64,000 nt of DNA from NCBI RefSeq assembly GCF_009914755.1, contig NC_060929.1; one strand, written 5' to 3'. A model generated the notes under the pieces. The model was given only the letters and a program-made list of their open reading frames with translations, was not told where the DNA came from and searched no databases. Shown piece after piece: positions 25,199 to 41,275 of the stretch. Source of the DNA: the human T2T-CHM13v2.0 reference genome, Homo sapiens. A program made the position numbers and the translations under genes. Every line of letters begins with the position of its first letter. The first letter of the stretch is position 1.

Positions 25199-28100
25199 TC
25201 AGATTTCAGCTGTGTTTTGTAATTCTCCTTGTGGAGATCTTTCACATCTTAGGTTAGTTGTATTTGCAGGGATTTTATTTTCATCCTAGGTGTTGTAAAT
25301 ATGATTGTGTTCTTAATTTAACTCTCAACCTGGATGTTGTTGTTGTATAGAAATGCTACTAATTGTTGTACATTGATTTTGTATCCTGAAACCTTGCTAA
25401 AATCCTTTATCATTTCTAGTAGACTTTTGTTGAAGTCTTTAAGGTTTTTTAGGTGTAGAATGATATTGTTGGGTTAAGACAGATAGTTTGCCTTAATCTT
25501 TACTTCCTATTTGGGTGCTTTTCTCTTTTTCTGTTGCGAGATTGCTCTGACTAGGATTTCTGGTACTATGTTGAATAGGAGTGGTAAGAGTGGATGTCCT
25601 TGGCTTGTTTCATTTCTAAAGGAGAATGCTTTCAGCTTTTGCCCATTGAGTATTATATTGGCTGTGGGTTTGATGTAGATAGCTCCTTTTTATTTTGAAG
25701 TATGCTTATTTGAAGCCTCAACTGTTGAGGGTTTTTTTTTGTTTTGTTTTTTCATGAAGGGACACTGGATTTAATTGAAAGCTTTTCCGGCATCCATTGA
25801 GATGATCATATGGTTTTTGATTTAATTCTGTTTATCTGGTGAATCACATTTATTGATTTGCATATGTTGAACCAGCCATGCATCCCAGGAATAAAGCCTG
25901 TATTGTCATAGTAGATTAATTTTTTGATATGCTGCTGATGGATTCAGTTTGTTAGTACTTTGTTGAGAATTTTTGAGCCTATGTTCATCAACAGTGGTCA
26001 CCTGAATGTTCTTTTTTTTTGCGTCTCTGCCAGGTTTTGGTATTAAGCTGATTCTGGCTTCACAGAATGAGTTAGGAAGGAGTACGTTCTCTTCAACTTT
26101 TTTGGAATAGTTTCAGTAGAATTGTACTAGTTCTTCTTTATACTTCCGGTAGAATTTTGCTATGAATCCATATAGTCCAGGGCTTTTTGGCTTGGTAGAT
26201 TTTTTATTACTTATTCAATTTCAGAGCTTCATATTGGTCTCTTCAGTATTTCAGTATCTTTCTGATTCAATCTTGGAAGATTGCCTGTTTTCAGAAATTT
26301 ATCCATTTCCTCTAGATTTTCTAATTTTTGTGTCTAGAGTTATTCCTAGTATTCTCTGAGGATTATTTTGTATGTCTGTGGGACCATTTTTAATGTCGTT
26401 TTTGTCATTCTGATTTATATATTTAGATCTTCTCTTTTTTTTCTTTGTTTATCTAGCTAAAGGTCTATCAATCTCTTTTTTTAAATCAACTCTTGGTTTC
26501 ATTAATCTTTTGTATGGATTTTTGCATCTCAATTTCATTCAGATCTTCTCTATTTTAGTTGTTTCTTTTCATTCCTAGCGTTGATGTAGGGTTGTTCTTT
26601 TTTTTTTTCCTAGTTCCTTTAGGTGTAGTGTTAGATTGTTAATTTGAAATATTTCTAACTTTATGATAAAGGCATTTAAACGTTCCTCTTAACACTGATT
26701 TAGCTGCATCCCAGAGATTTTGGTAATTTGTGTTCCCATTTTCATTAATTTCACTTTCTTAAAATTTCTCCCTTAATTTTGATTTTCACACAGAAGTTAG
26801 TCAGGAGAAAGTTGTTTAATTTTCATCTATTTGTGTAGTTTTGAGAGATGTTGATATTTATTTATATTTTGATTACATTGAGATCTAAGAGTGTGCTTGA
26901 TATTATTTCATTTTTTAAAATTTATCCAGACTTGCTTTATGACCAAGCATGTGGTCAATGTTAAAATATGTTCCCTGTGCAGATGAGAAGAATGTATATT
27001 CTGTGGTTATTGAGTGGAGTGTTCTGTAGATGTCTTATTAGGTCCAAATGGTCAAGTGTGAAGTTTAAGTACACAGTTTCTTTCTTAGTTATCTGCTTTG
27101 ATTATCTAATGCTGCCAGCGGGGGTGTTGAAGTCTCCTACAATTATTGGGTGGTCGTCTGTCTTTTTGTAGTCCAAAAAGAACTTGTTTTATGAATCTGG
27201 GTGCTCCATGTTGGGTGCATTTATATTTAGGGTACTTAAGTATTCTTGTTTGATCATATACTTTCTCATGACATAATGTTCTTCATTCTTCAATTGTTCT
27301 TTTTAATTTTGATGAAAGTCTGTTTTATCTGATATAAGAATAGTTACTCCTGCTTTTTTGTTATCATTTGCATGGCAGATTTTCTCTATCCCCTTATTTT
27401 GGGCCAGTGGCTGTCATTACATATGAGATGGGTCTCTTGAAGACTACAGATGGTGAGCCTTGCATTTTTGTCCAGTTTGCCATTGTACGTCGTTTAAGTG
27501 GGGTGTTTAGCCTATTTACATTTATGGTTAATGTTGATACATGAGATTTTGATCCTATCATCATGTTTGTACCTGGTTTTTAGGTAGACTTGATTGTGTA
27601 GATACTTTATAGTGCCTGTGAGCTATGTACTTAAGTGGGTTTTTGTGGTAGCAGGTGTCATTCTTTTTACTCAATGTATAGCACTCCCTTAAGGACCTTT
27701 CATAAGGCTGGTCAAGTTGAAATCGATTCCCTCAGTATTTGATTATCTGAGAAGAAGTTTGTTTCTTCTTCACTTGGGAAGTTTAGTTTAGTGAAATATA
27801 AAATTCTTGCCTGGAATTTATTTTCATTAATGATGTTGGACATAGGCCCTTAATCTCTTCTGGCTTGTAAGGTTTTTGCTGAGATATTTACTACTAGCCT
27901 AGTGGAGTTCTTGCTGTATGAAAACATGACCTTTCTCTCTAGCTGCCTTTAAGATTTTTTTTTTCTTTTGTATTTACTTTGGTGAATATGATGACTATGT
28001 GCCTTAGGGATAGTCACCTTGTATAGTACCTAGCTGGGTTTGCTGTATTTTTTGGATTTACATGTCACTCTCTCTGGCGAGGTTAGGAAAATTTTCATAG

Positions 28101-29922
28101 ACTCTATTCTCAAATCTATTTTCCAAGTTGCCTTTTCTCTTTCTTTCTCTTCTAGGAATGACAATGAGTCGTAGATTTGGTCTCTTTATATAATTCCATA
28201 TTTCTTAAAGCTTTGGTTCATTTTCTTTTTTTAATTCTTTTTTAAAATTTTCTTTTGACTCAGTTGATTCAACGAACCAGTCTTTGGGCTCTGAGATTCT
28301 TTCCTTAGCTTGGCCTACCTTCTGTTAATATTTCTTATTGTATTATAAAATTCTTATACTGAATTTTTTCTGCTCTAGAAATTCACTGTGGCTATTTTTT
28401 AAAATGGCAATTTCATCTTTCAGCACTTACTTAGATTGCTTTAGTGGATTACTTGGATTGGGTTTCAACTTTCTCCTTAATGTTCATGAGCTTCCCTGCC
28501 ATCGAGGTTCTGTATTCTATGTCTGTTGCAATTATTTTAGACTGATTAAGAACCATTTCTTGGTAGCTAGTGGGCTAATTTTGAGGTAAGAGGACACTCT
28601 AGCTTTTTGAATTGCCAGAGTTCTTGCACTGATTTTTTCTCTTCTGGTAGGGTTAGTGTTCCATTAACTGTAGTGTATGTTGAGTATAGGCAATTGGTTT
28701 TGTTTCTGGATGCTTTCAAAGTGCCAGGGCTTTCTCTGTCCAGGATTTTTATGTATGAGTAATTCTTGTGTTTGGTTTCACAGGTTATGTATATGTAGCA
28801 GGATAAATTTTGATGTTGTAGTTTGGGATGTGATCCAATGCATGGTGCTTAAGAGTAATGGCCAGTGGCTAGCCTAATACCCAGTGGCATGGCTGTTTTA
28901 TACTTCCTTTTGTTTGCAGGTGTGCTCTATAGTGGGGGTGGGAGAGATGCCTCTATCACCAGATCTGCTCCTGGGCCCTGGGGGAGTCTCCTGCAATCAC
29001 TGTGTTTCTTGTGTTAGGTGTTCTAGGCCACAGGTCTCTCTCAGGCAGAGGCCATTTCCTAGGAGCCATTCTGGGGAACTAGCTGTAGTGTTTGGGTTCC
29101 CTGCACAGGCTTCCTCCCTCTTCAACTCAGCTTCATTGCTGCCTCTCCATCCACTCAGCATTTTCTCTCTCAAGATCTGCCTAAATTACGGTGGTTTACT
29201 CCATAATTTGGTATCTGTCAGTGGGGGTGGTGCTTCCTGACCATGTCAAATTGACCATCTATTGTCGCAGAATGAAAACCTCTTTGATAGACTTTGTAAC
29301 ATTTTTGAATATTACATTCAGGAGTAAAATCTTACGCAGTGTGATCCCAGCTATCTCTTCACTTTTGAGAATAACCTTAAGTAATTAAAGGATAATTAAA
29401 TATGTAATTAAAAATTGAAAAATAGAACAGCTACACTTCCAGATCCCAACTTCTTTCAGAAAATTTTAAAATCTCTTTAAAGAAACGTAAATTGAGACCA
29501 AAATAGACTAATAGCTTTATAAAAATAAGTGCTCAAGGAGGGTGTTACATGTGAAAATTAAACTTGGAATTTGTCTTTTTACCCGTAAAATTACTGAGAG
29601 TAAGTTCCTTGAAATGGAAATAACTTTACAAATTTTTAATTAACAAAAATGCTAAAATATTACTCCGCTTACCTTTATGTAACCTCTTCCTTGAAAACAA
29701 CAATTTACTCATCTGGTGTGTGACTCTAATAACCTTCAATCATTCCCTACATCTGACACCATGACTAGTAACTTAGATCTTTAACTAAGCAACCTTTCTT
29801 TCCGCCTTTGTGATATTATATCTAGTAATTTAATAACAATCTATGTTGCAAATTAAACTTCCAAATTGAATACTGATTTTCAAATCCCAAGGACCCATTT
29901 CTTCTGCCTCAATCTTAATTAG

Positions 29923-30263
<341 letters not shown>

Positions 30264-30342
30264 AAAATTAACTAAATCAAGCCTAAATAAACATATTCAC
30301 AAAGTGGCAGACTTTTTTAATCCAAAAATTTAACTGTATTAA

Positions 30343-30625
<283 letters not shown>

Positions 30626-31256
30626 TAAACTATATTTCTCATTCTTATATACTTTATATTAGGGCATGAGATTAAAGTCAAAATAGTGGAAAATTAGTAG
30701 AAATAACATATTTTATATCCAATTTAGTCTCCAAAATCCCAACATGTACTCTTCTATATACATTTTTCAGTATGCTTGACTGGAATGGCCAATTCTACAG
30801 TAGTCTTGGAAGCAACATACTGCAGATTAAATACCTTAGTAGCCTATGTTCTTGAATGTGGACATAAAGGAGCAATGCTTTTCCTATCTTAAAAAAAACA
30901 GTTTATATGAATGAAACTTCTGTTCTGTTTAAGATATTATATGTTGTTGAGTGTAGTTGTCAAAGCAACTAGCACTATTCCAAGTAATATAGAAATCATC
31001 AGCTTGAGTTGGGTCTGCCATAACAGCACCTAAAACATATCCACTAAATTAGTATTAAATGGACAAGTAAACCAAACTCAGAGGGTTGAAATGAAGACTT
31101 GTAATACCCAGTGAAAAAAAATTATTGAAACTACCATCTAAAATTAATTGGAAGCTTAATATTAACTCAAGGAAAGAGTGTGGGAAATGAGGAAAGGCAA
31201 AAGGTAATGTGTTCATGTTTGTTCTGTTCCATAATCTAAGAAATAGATAAACACAG

Positions 31257-31258
<2 letters not shown>

Positions 31259-31290
<32 letters not shown>
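31259..31290 (+). repeat. Pure A32 homopolymer
   Basis: 32 consecutive A with no Alu or L1 body upstream. Confidence 0.95.
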
Positions 31291-31292
<2 letters not shown>

Positions 31293-31339
31293 AAGAAATA
31301 TCCTGTTTTTAGAGTGGAAAGAAAGTGGATAGAGTTGAG

Positions 31340-31549
31340 TTGCTAAACCTTAGCATTATTGACATTTTATGCCTGATACTCCTGCATTCGGTGGGAGGTT
31401 ATTCTTTGCATTGTAGGATATTAATAGTATCTCTAGGCCATACCACTACATACCAGTAGCATCACCACCTAATCATTATAATTCAAAATGTCTCCAGACA
31501 CTGACAAGTGTTCTTTGGAAACAAAATCATTCCTTGTTGGAAACCACTT
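31340..31549 (-). mobile_element. MER20
   Basis: aaccttagcattattgacatttt...gcattgtaggatatt...ccagtagca...aaaatgtctccagaca...gttggaaaccact. Confidence 0.85.
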
Positions 31550-32749
31550 GTAAACAAAAAGTCCAGTAATGGTGGAATTATACAGTGACAGAAAAGCTCA
31601 GGTTTTTCTGATTAGGTTGAAAAAGCTGCTCAGAAATTAAATCCTACTGTGTTCATAAAAAACAAGGAACCCAGCCCTGAAGCAAAGAACTAATCAGGGA
31701 AGTTGTTTTCTCTTTCAAGTCTATGATTTCAAATGACCTTAAAGTGGTCATCTTTACAGTCAGAGAAGCATATGTGTGTTGGGGAGGAGAAAAAACAAGG
31801 AAATGAGGCAGACTTTAGAATTATACCTAGGAAAGAACTGTATGTTTGGTTATAAACTAGATCCAATAAATAAATAAATGTTTTCCACATAACTACTTGG
31901 TAAAGGTATAATAAGCCTATTGTGAGAAAAAAATTAAGGCTTAAAATATCCTCAAGCATCCCAAATTGCACTAATCAGTGCAATTGATTAGTCATGCTGA
32001 GAAAACACTCATTGTTCTAATTTAAGATGGAGGCATGGAGAATAAGAGAAAATGTAAATTACCTCAGAAAGTAAATCTATGAGCCACAGGGACAATGGAC
32101 CTTAAAGTTACTTCCACAGGACATGTTTATGGTTTCATCAAATAAATATTTGTACTGCTCAGAAATATTTTTGTCAGTGCTATGCAGACTTCTTTGTCTT
32201 CTGATAGGAGCTTCACCATGGTAACTTAGATTTTACAGATAATTTGTCTTTTGACTTTATAGGACACTAGTCCTCGTTAAGTCATATAGTGGCCTAAGGG
32301 AGAGAACTGCATGTCATGAAACATCCTGAACTCTAAGTTGTAGGCAGTAACTGGGCAAAACTTTAAGTTGTTTACAGAGTGAAGAGAAGTGAATTTTTCA
32401 TATATAAAGAAGTGTGCAAATTGTATTTCATGAGTAGTCTTTTGTCTTCTGGAATGGTGATATATACAAAGTAATCTGGGAAGATACAATTTGATAATAG
32501 TAGATCCTTCATTAACTTGAATTATTTTTTGCAGGAAAGATGCGTCTTTAGCCAAAATTACTTATGGTAAACTGATATGTAAGCAAGAAATCACCTTCTA
32601 CTTGGTTTAAGCCATTCAGTTTACTCTCTAGATAGATATGACACAAAGCTAGCATTATAATACAGTAAACCAAGTGTTAATGTAATTTTATGTTGATTTT
32701 GACTACATTCTGAAAATAATAAAAGTCATCTGATATTTTAGGCTTACGA

Positions 32750-32860
32750 TATGAACTTGATACTATGATAGGTGTTTGAAATGTTTATCTCATTTGATTC
32801 TTAGAACAAACTTATATTGTGGGTACTAATACAATACTGATTTTTTACATAAGAAAAAGG
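32750..32860 (-). mobile_element. MIR fragment
   Basis: ttatctcatttgattcttagaacaaacttatattgtgggtactaa...ttttacataagaaaa. Confidence 0.55.
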
Positions 32861-33073
32861 ATTGCAAAAAATGTAAAAAGTCTTATTAAAAAGTACAAAA
32901 TTCTATCTCCAAATGTGTAATGAATTTTATATAGTCAGTTAATATTTGTTTAGCTCAATAAAGTAATGTTTGGTGTAATAGTTGATTTCTTTAATGTTCA
33001 TTCAGAATCACCACATTATCAATTTGAAATTAATTTACCTATTCGAAGAAGTTGCTTCCTCCAATTAAGACAG

Positions 33074-33589
33074 TATAGTAGGCAAAATAATGGTTTACGA
33101 AACAAACAAACAAACAAACAAACAAAAAAAAACGCATGTCCTGATTTCTGGAACCTGTGAATATGTTAACTTTATCTGGTAAAAGGGGCTTTGCAAGTAT
33201 TATAATGTTAAGGATGGTAAGATGAAAAAGTATCCTTTTGAGTTCAGTGTAATCAAATGGGTTTAAAATAGGGAAACATTCTTGGCTAGAAACATAAGGT
33301 GATATGATTTCAAAAGAATGGTCAGAGAGATACAGCATTTCTGGTTTGAACAAATGAAAGACCACAAGCTAACAAATCAGGACAGCCTCTAGAGGCTGGA
33401 AAAGTCAAGGAAACTGATTTTCCCCTAAAACCTTCAGAAAGGAACACAACAGTTCTCACTCTTTGATTTTAGCCTCATAAGATGCATGTCAGACATCTGA
33501 CAAACACAGTTGTTTGACACTATATTTGTGCTATTTTAAACCACTAACTTTGTAGTAATTTGCTACAGCAGCAGTAAGAAAATAATGCA
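33074..33589 (+). mobile_element. MLT1D-like MaLR solo LTR with internal (CAAA)n
   Basis: tagtaggcaaaataatgg...ctggaacctgtgaatatgtt...gcctctagaggctggaaaagtcaaggaaactgattttccc...gtaatttgctacagcagcagtaagaaaataatgca. Confidence 0.85.
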
Positions 33590-34032
33590 GAGTGTTTCTA
33601 TAATGGAGATAAAAGTATAAACAAGAGGCAAGAATTTCCTTCCTTCACAGTGTTTATAATATACTAAGAAAACAAACATTAAATACACAGGGCCCCAATA
33701 GATTATTCCACTTTAATTTTAGCTGGCACTGTGGAAGGAAAATAGAAATTCTAGAATATAGTGAATAGGAATATAACTTATTCTTATGTGGGAAGAAATG
33801 CTTATTACTGAATACTATTTGGGCTGAAAATAAATGCACTGTAGTTACAGTAAGTACAGTAAAAATGGTAGTTTGCTATAAGGGAACAGAGCCATTGAAA
33901 TGTAATGAAAGTCATCAAAGTTTTAGGCATTAACTATAAGTTGCAAGGAGTTAAACAATTATAAGCAGTCCGATTATTAAAAAAATATGTGCCTGATTCT
34001 CAAAGTCACAAGTGTTCTTTAAAATTGCTAAC

Positions 34033-36412
34033 CGTAGTAGTCAATTTTCACAGTGATATAAAGAATGACTTGAGACTGAGTAATTTATGAAGAAAAGAGA
34101 TTTAATTGATTCATAGTTCTTCAGGCTTTACAGGAAGCATGAATGGGAGGACTCAGGAAACTCAGAAAATCATGGTGGAAGGCAAAGGGGAAACAAGGTT
34201 CTTCTTGACATGGCACCAGGAGAGAGAGAGCACAAGGAGGGAAGTGCCACACACTTTTAAACCATCAGATCTCTTGGAACTCACTCACTGTCATGAGAAT
34301 AGCATGCGGAAATCTGCTCCCGTGATCCAGTCACCTCCACCCAGGCCCCTGTCTTGACATGAGGGGATTACAATTTGAGATGAGATTTGGGTGGGGACAG
34401 AGGGCCAAGCCATATTATTCCTCCTCTGGCCCCTCCCAAGTATCATGTCCTTCTCACATTTCAAAACCAATCATGGCTTCCCAACAGACTGAAAGTCTTA
34501 ACTTATTCCAGCATTAACTCAAAAGTCCATGTCCAAAGTTTCATCTGAGACAAGGCAAATCCCTTCTGCCTATAAGCCTGTAAAATCAAAAACAAGTTAG
34601 TTAATTTCAAGATACAATGGGGGTACAGGGATCAGGTAAACACTCCAATACCATAAGGGAGAAATTAGCCAAAACAAAGGGTCTGCAGGCCCCATGCAAG
34701 TCCAAAACCCGACAAGGCAGTCATTAAATCTTAAGGCTCTGAAACAATCTTCTTTCACCTCATCTCTGACATCCAGAGCATACTGATGCAATATCTGGGC
34801 TCCCATGAGCTTTGACAGCTCTGCCTCTGTGGCTCTACAAGGCACAGCCCCCACAGCTGCTTTCACAGGCTAGGATTGAGTGCCTGTGACTTTTCCAGGC
34901 ACACTGTGCAAGCTGTCAGTGGATCTACCATTCTGGGGTCTGAAGCACTATGACCCTCTTCTCAAAGCTCCAGTAGGGAGTGCCCCAGTGGGGACTCGGT
35001 GTGGGGGCTCCAACCCCACATTTTCCCTCTGCACTGCCCTAGTAGAGGTTCTCCATAAGGGCTCCACTTCTGCAGCAGACTTTTGCCTAGACATCCAGGC
35101 ATTTCCATACATCCTCTGAAATCTAGATGGAGGTTCCCAAACCTCAACTCTTCCCTTCTGCACAACCACAGGCCCAACCTCATGTGGAAGCCACCAAAGC
35201 TTGAGGCTTGTATTCTCTGAAGCAATGGCCTGAGTAGTGCCTTGGACCCTTTTAGCCATAGTTGGAGCTGAGCAGCTGGAACACTGGGCACCATGTCCCG
35301 AGGCTGCCCAGAGCAGCAGGGCCCTGGGCCCAGCCCACTAAACAATTTCTCCCTCCTAGGCCTCCAGGCTTATAATGGGAGGGGCTGCCTCAAAGATCTC
35401 TGAAATGTACTGGAGACATATTCCACATTGTCTTTGCTATTAACATTTGGCTCTTCTTTACTTATGCAAATTTTTGCTTGAATTTCTCCCAAGAGCGTGG
35501 GTTTTTCTTTTTTACTATATGGTTAGGCTGCAAATTTTCCAAACTTTTATGCTCTGCTATCCTTTTAAATATACGTTTTAGTTTCAAGCCATCTCTTTCT
35601 TCATGGACATGAGCATAAACTTTTAGAAGCAGCCAGGCCACATGTTGGAGGGTCTGTTGCTTAGAAATTTATTTCACCAGGTACCCTAAATCATCTCTCT
35701 CAAGTTCAACATTACACAGATCTCTAGGGCCGGGTCAAAATGCTATCAGTCTCTTTGCTAAAGCATAGCAAGAGTAACTTTTTCTTCAGTTCTCAATGAG
35801 TTCCTCATCTCCATCTGAGACCCCCTCAGCCTGGACTTCATTATCCAAATCATTATCAGCATTTTGTTCACAACCATTCAACAGGTCTCTAGGAAGATTT
35901 AAACTTTCCCACATCTCCCTGTCTTCTTCTGAGTCCTCCAAACTGTTTCCTACCTCTGCCTGTTACCCAGTTCCAAAGTTACTTCCATATTTTCAGGTAT
36001 TTTTATAGCAATGCCCCACTTCTCTGGTACCAATTTTCTGTATTTATCTCTTCTCAAACTGCTATAAAGAACGACTGGGTAATTTATGAGGAAAAGAGGT
36101 TTAATTGACTCACAGTTCTGCAAGCTTAACAGGAAGCATGGCTGGGAGGCCTCAGGAAACTAACAATCATGGCAGAAGGTAAAGGGGGAGCAGGCGCCTT
36201 CTTCACATGGTGTCAGTAGAGAGAAGAGCCGGGGGGAAGTTCCACACACTTTTAAACCATCAGATCTTGTGAGAACTCACTGACTGTCATGAGAACAGTA
36301 TGGGAAATCCACCCCCATGATCAAATCACCTCCTACCAGACCCCTCCCCTGACACGTGGGGATTACGATTCAACATGAGATTTGTGTGGGGACACAGAGC
36401 CAAACTATATCA
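34033..36412 (-). mobile_element. Complete THE1D-like MaLR element (LTR 34033-34417, internal 34418-36038, LTR 36039-36412)
   Basis: Two direct LTRs flank about 1.6 kb of THE1-int (ORF remnant ENVGLEPPHRVPTGALP); 5-bp TSD CTAAC at 34028-34032 and 36413-36417. Confidence 0.95.
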
Positions 36413-37182
36413 CTAACCTAATAAGTGCTTATCTTGATTAAATTGTATGGAAAACTACAACTTAAATTATGTGATCAGAAATTCTGTCTAATGATAGACA
36501 TTAATTCAAATGCCACCATGTTCTCCTGTCAGCTTCTCATATATTGTCATGGATATGATTTAATTGTCCTTCAGTGTCATGGAACACATCCTGAGATTCA
36601 GCTGATGAAGTTGCAAACTGGATAAATATAAATGATGATGTTTCAAAAAAGACAATACTCACTTAGTAAAAAAATGTTAGGTTTATTTTACACTTTCTTG
36701 ACAGCTGAACTAATATAAAAAGCACTCACCTTGTTTCTTTCAGTTTTTGTGTATGTTTTGATTGTGTTAGCTGAGTTCTTCTTCAAGGGATTTTCTGTGT
36801 GTCAGAGACACTTGTCCCCCATTCTGTTTTCCTGTGTAATCTCAAAATTGACAAGGGTCTTCACTGTATGTGAAAAGGATGTCTGTGTTGCTTGATTTTA
36901 TGTGTGACTACTGTTTGCGATTGTCCTTTTCCTGATATGACATGTAATTTTACAGCACAGATAATTTTTCAAAAGAATTACATTCCCAGGCTTAGCAGAG
37001 GGAGCGGCCTACTTATTGAAATGTGAAATCGAATCTCTGAAACAGAAACACCAAATTATTATACTAATCTGTAAAGTAGCTATAAAATGTTATTTTTCAG
37101 AGTGAAGTATCTATCAAGATGGCTAGTGTTGGTGTATAATAGAAACGGTATTTTATTCCTTTTATTTCTGTAAACAGATTAA

Positions 37183-37185
<3 letters not shown>

Positions 37186-37226
<41 letters not shown>
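37186..37226. repeat. (TG)20 microsatellite
   Basis: Perfect dinucleotide run. Confidence 0.97.
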
Positions 37227-37228
<2 letters not shown>

Positions 37229-37241
37229 ATGGGATATAATA

Positions 37242-37364
37242 CAAATCTACCTCGACTTATAATGAGTTACATCCTGATAACCACAGGCCAAGATGTGTTA
37301 TGATGGATCTGGATATACTCATAAGTTGAAAATATTTTAGGTAAAAAATGCATTTAGTACATTT
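37242..37364 (+). mobile_element. MER47A (TcMar-Tigger), left part, split by L1
   Basis: cctcgacttataatgagttacatcctgataa...taagttgaaaatatt...aaaatgcatttagtac. Confidence 0.8.
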
Positions 37365-39753
<2,389 letters not shown>

Positions 39754-39988
39754 AATACACTTAAGAAATGTGCTCAGAACACTTACATTAGCCAGTCCGA
39801 AAAAAATATCTAACCTAAAGCCTATTTTTAAATAAAGTGTTGAATATCACATGTAAATTATTAAATACTGAATGTGAAAAACAGAATGGGTATATGGGTA
39901 ATAAAAGTATTGTTTCTACTGAATGTTTATCACTTTTGTACCATGATAAAGCTGTAAAGTTGTACCGTTGTAAATCTGGGACCATCTG
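39754..39988 (+). mobile_element. MER47A, right part
   Basis: gtgctcagaacacttacattagcc...aataaagtgttgaatatc...gtgaaaaacagaatgg...gggaccatctg. Confidence 0.85.
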
Positions 39989-40936
39989 TGTTACATTCAA
40001 GAGAAAAGCTCAGTCGAACTAATAAATAAATCAAAATTTCTTTTGATTATTTAGGTGTTTTTTCCTGTTAGATAATGAAGACATCCAATTATTGCTTGCT
40101 GCTTCACCACACAGACACAGACACAGATACAAATACACACTCCATGAATGAGCATATGTGCTTGTTTAAAGAGACATACTAACCAAACAGTTGTATGCTG
40201 CCATGATATTGATTATGTCATCAAGTTCCTTATTTAACAAAACACAGCTGTGCATGAAGTATTTCTCTAAAATGTACATTCAATAGCAACTGTTTTTGTT
40301 CAGTCTTGTACCCATATTATTTAAATGAGCACCTGGAGTCTAGAATTACTAAAAAATATCTATGTTGATGCATATTAAGTTGATTTTGAAGTCATAAATT
40401 TTGACAAGAATTGATACTATGGCACAATCATAACTTTACAAAAGATGACCTGAACTAACATTATTTTATGCTTTTACCAGTTGAACTCCCTGAAATATAT
40501 TCAGATAATTTGTTATTAAAGCAAAACTAAGTTTATCGAAACCCTGTGCCAAGAAAGTACACCATTTTGACATATTTTTGCAGTGTTTCAGCAGGGAAGA
40601 GTGAGAGGAAGATTTTTCATGTTTGTGGAGAATGGCTTAAGAGAGTTAAATGAGTTTTTCAAAGTGAGTAGCTGATTGAAATTGAGCTAAACTTAGAGCA
40701 TAATAGTTTAGATAGTCTAAGAAATTGCAAAAAAAGTTGATGCCAAGCATACAAGAAATAACAACACCAAAAAATAGACCTAAATACAGACAAAATTAGA
40801 TTAAAAACAAGAATATGTTCAATGTTAATAAAAGCAAAAGGAACATAGACATAGTTATGGAGGAGTTTTGTTTTGTTTTAATAAGATAAAAATATGGTTA
40901 GTTTTATACCAGTACACTTGGAAATCTGGATCAATT

Positions 40937-41180
40937 CTGTCCACTACAGTCATTACTAGTGACATGTAGATATTGAACACTTGAAATATGGTGAATTTGA
41001 ATTGATTTATGCTATATGTAAAATACAAACTAGATTTAGTTTAAAAATGTAAAACTGAATAATTTTAATATTGTTTTATGCTGAGATGACAATATTTTGG
41101 ATATACTGGATTAAATAAATATAAAATATTTTTAAAAATCAAGTTATATAGTAAAATTGGTCTTTTTGTTTTACTTTTTT
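40937..41180. mobile_element. hAT-Charlie relic (MER33/Charlie1-type)
   Basis: ctgtccactacagtcattactagtgacatgtagatattgaacacttgaaatatgg...aatattttggatatactggattaaataaa. Confidence 0.7.
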
Positions 41181-41275
41181 ATTTTGTTTTGGTTTTTGAA
41201 GGGATAGAAATCATGGCTAAGATGGACCCTGGGGCATATCATTGACCATCATGAAACATGCACTGATTTGCCAAA

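Larger units (their letters stand above)
22820..29262 (-). mobile_element. Near-full-length old primate L1 (L1PA15/16-like), inactive, with nested insertions
   Basis: 3'UTR gtagtgagcatagtacccagtagg; ORF2 remnant ([19 protein letters not shown] in ORF 24474-24908); antisense ORF1; 5' end ...cttcctgaccatgtcaaattgaccatct. Confidence 0.85.

Noticed and set aside
34597-36008. ORFs in the THE1 internal region
   Set aside because: Broken remnants of the MaLR internal ORF; multiple stops and frameshifts.
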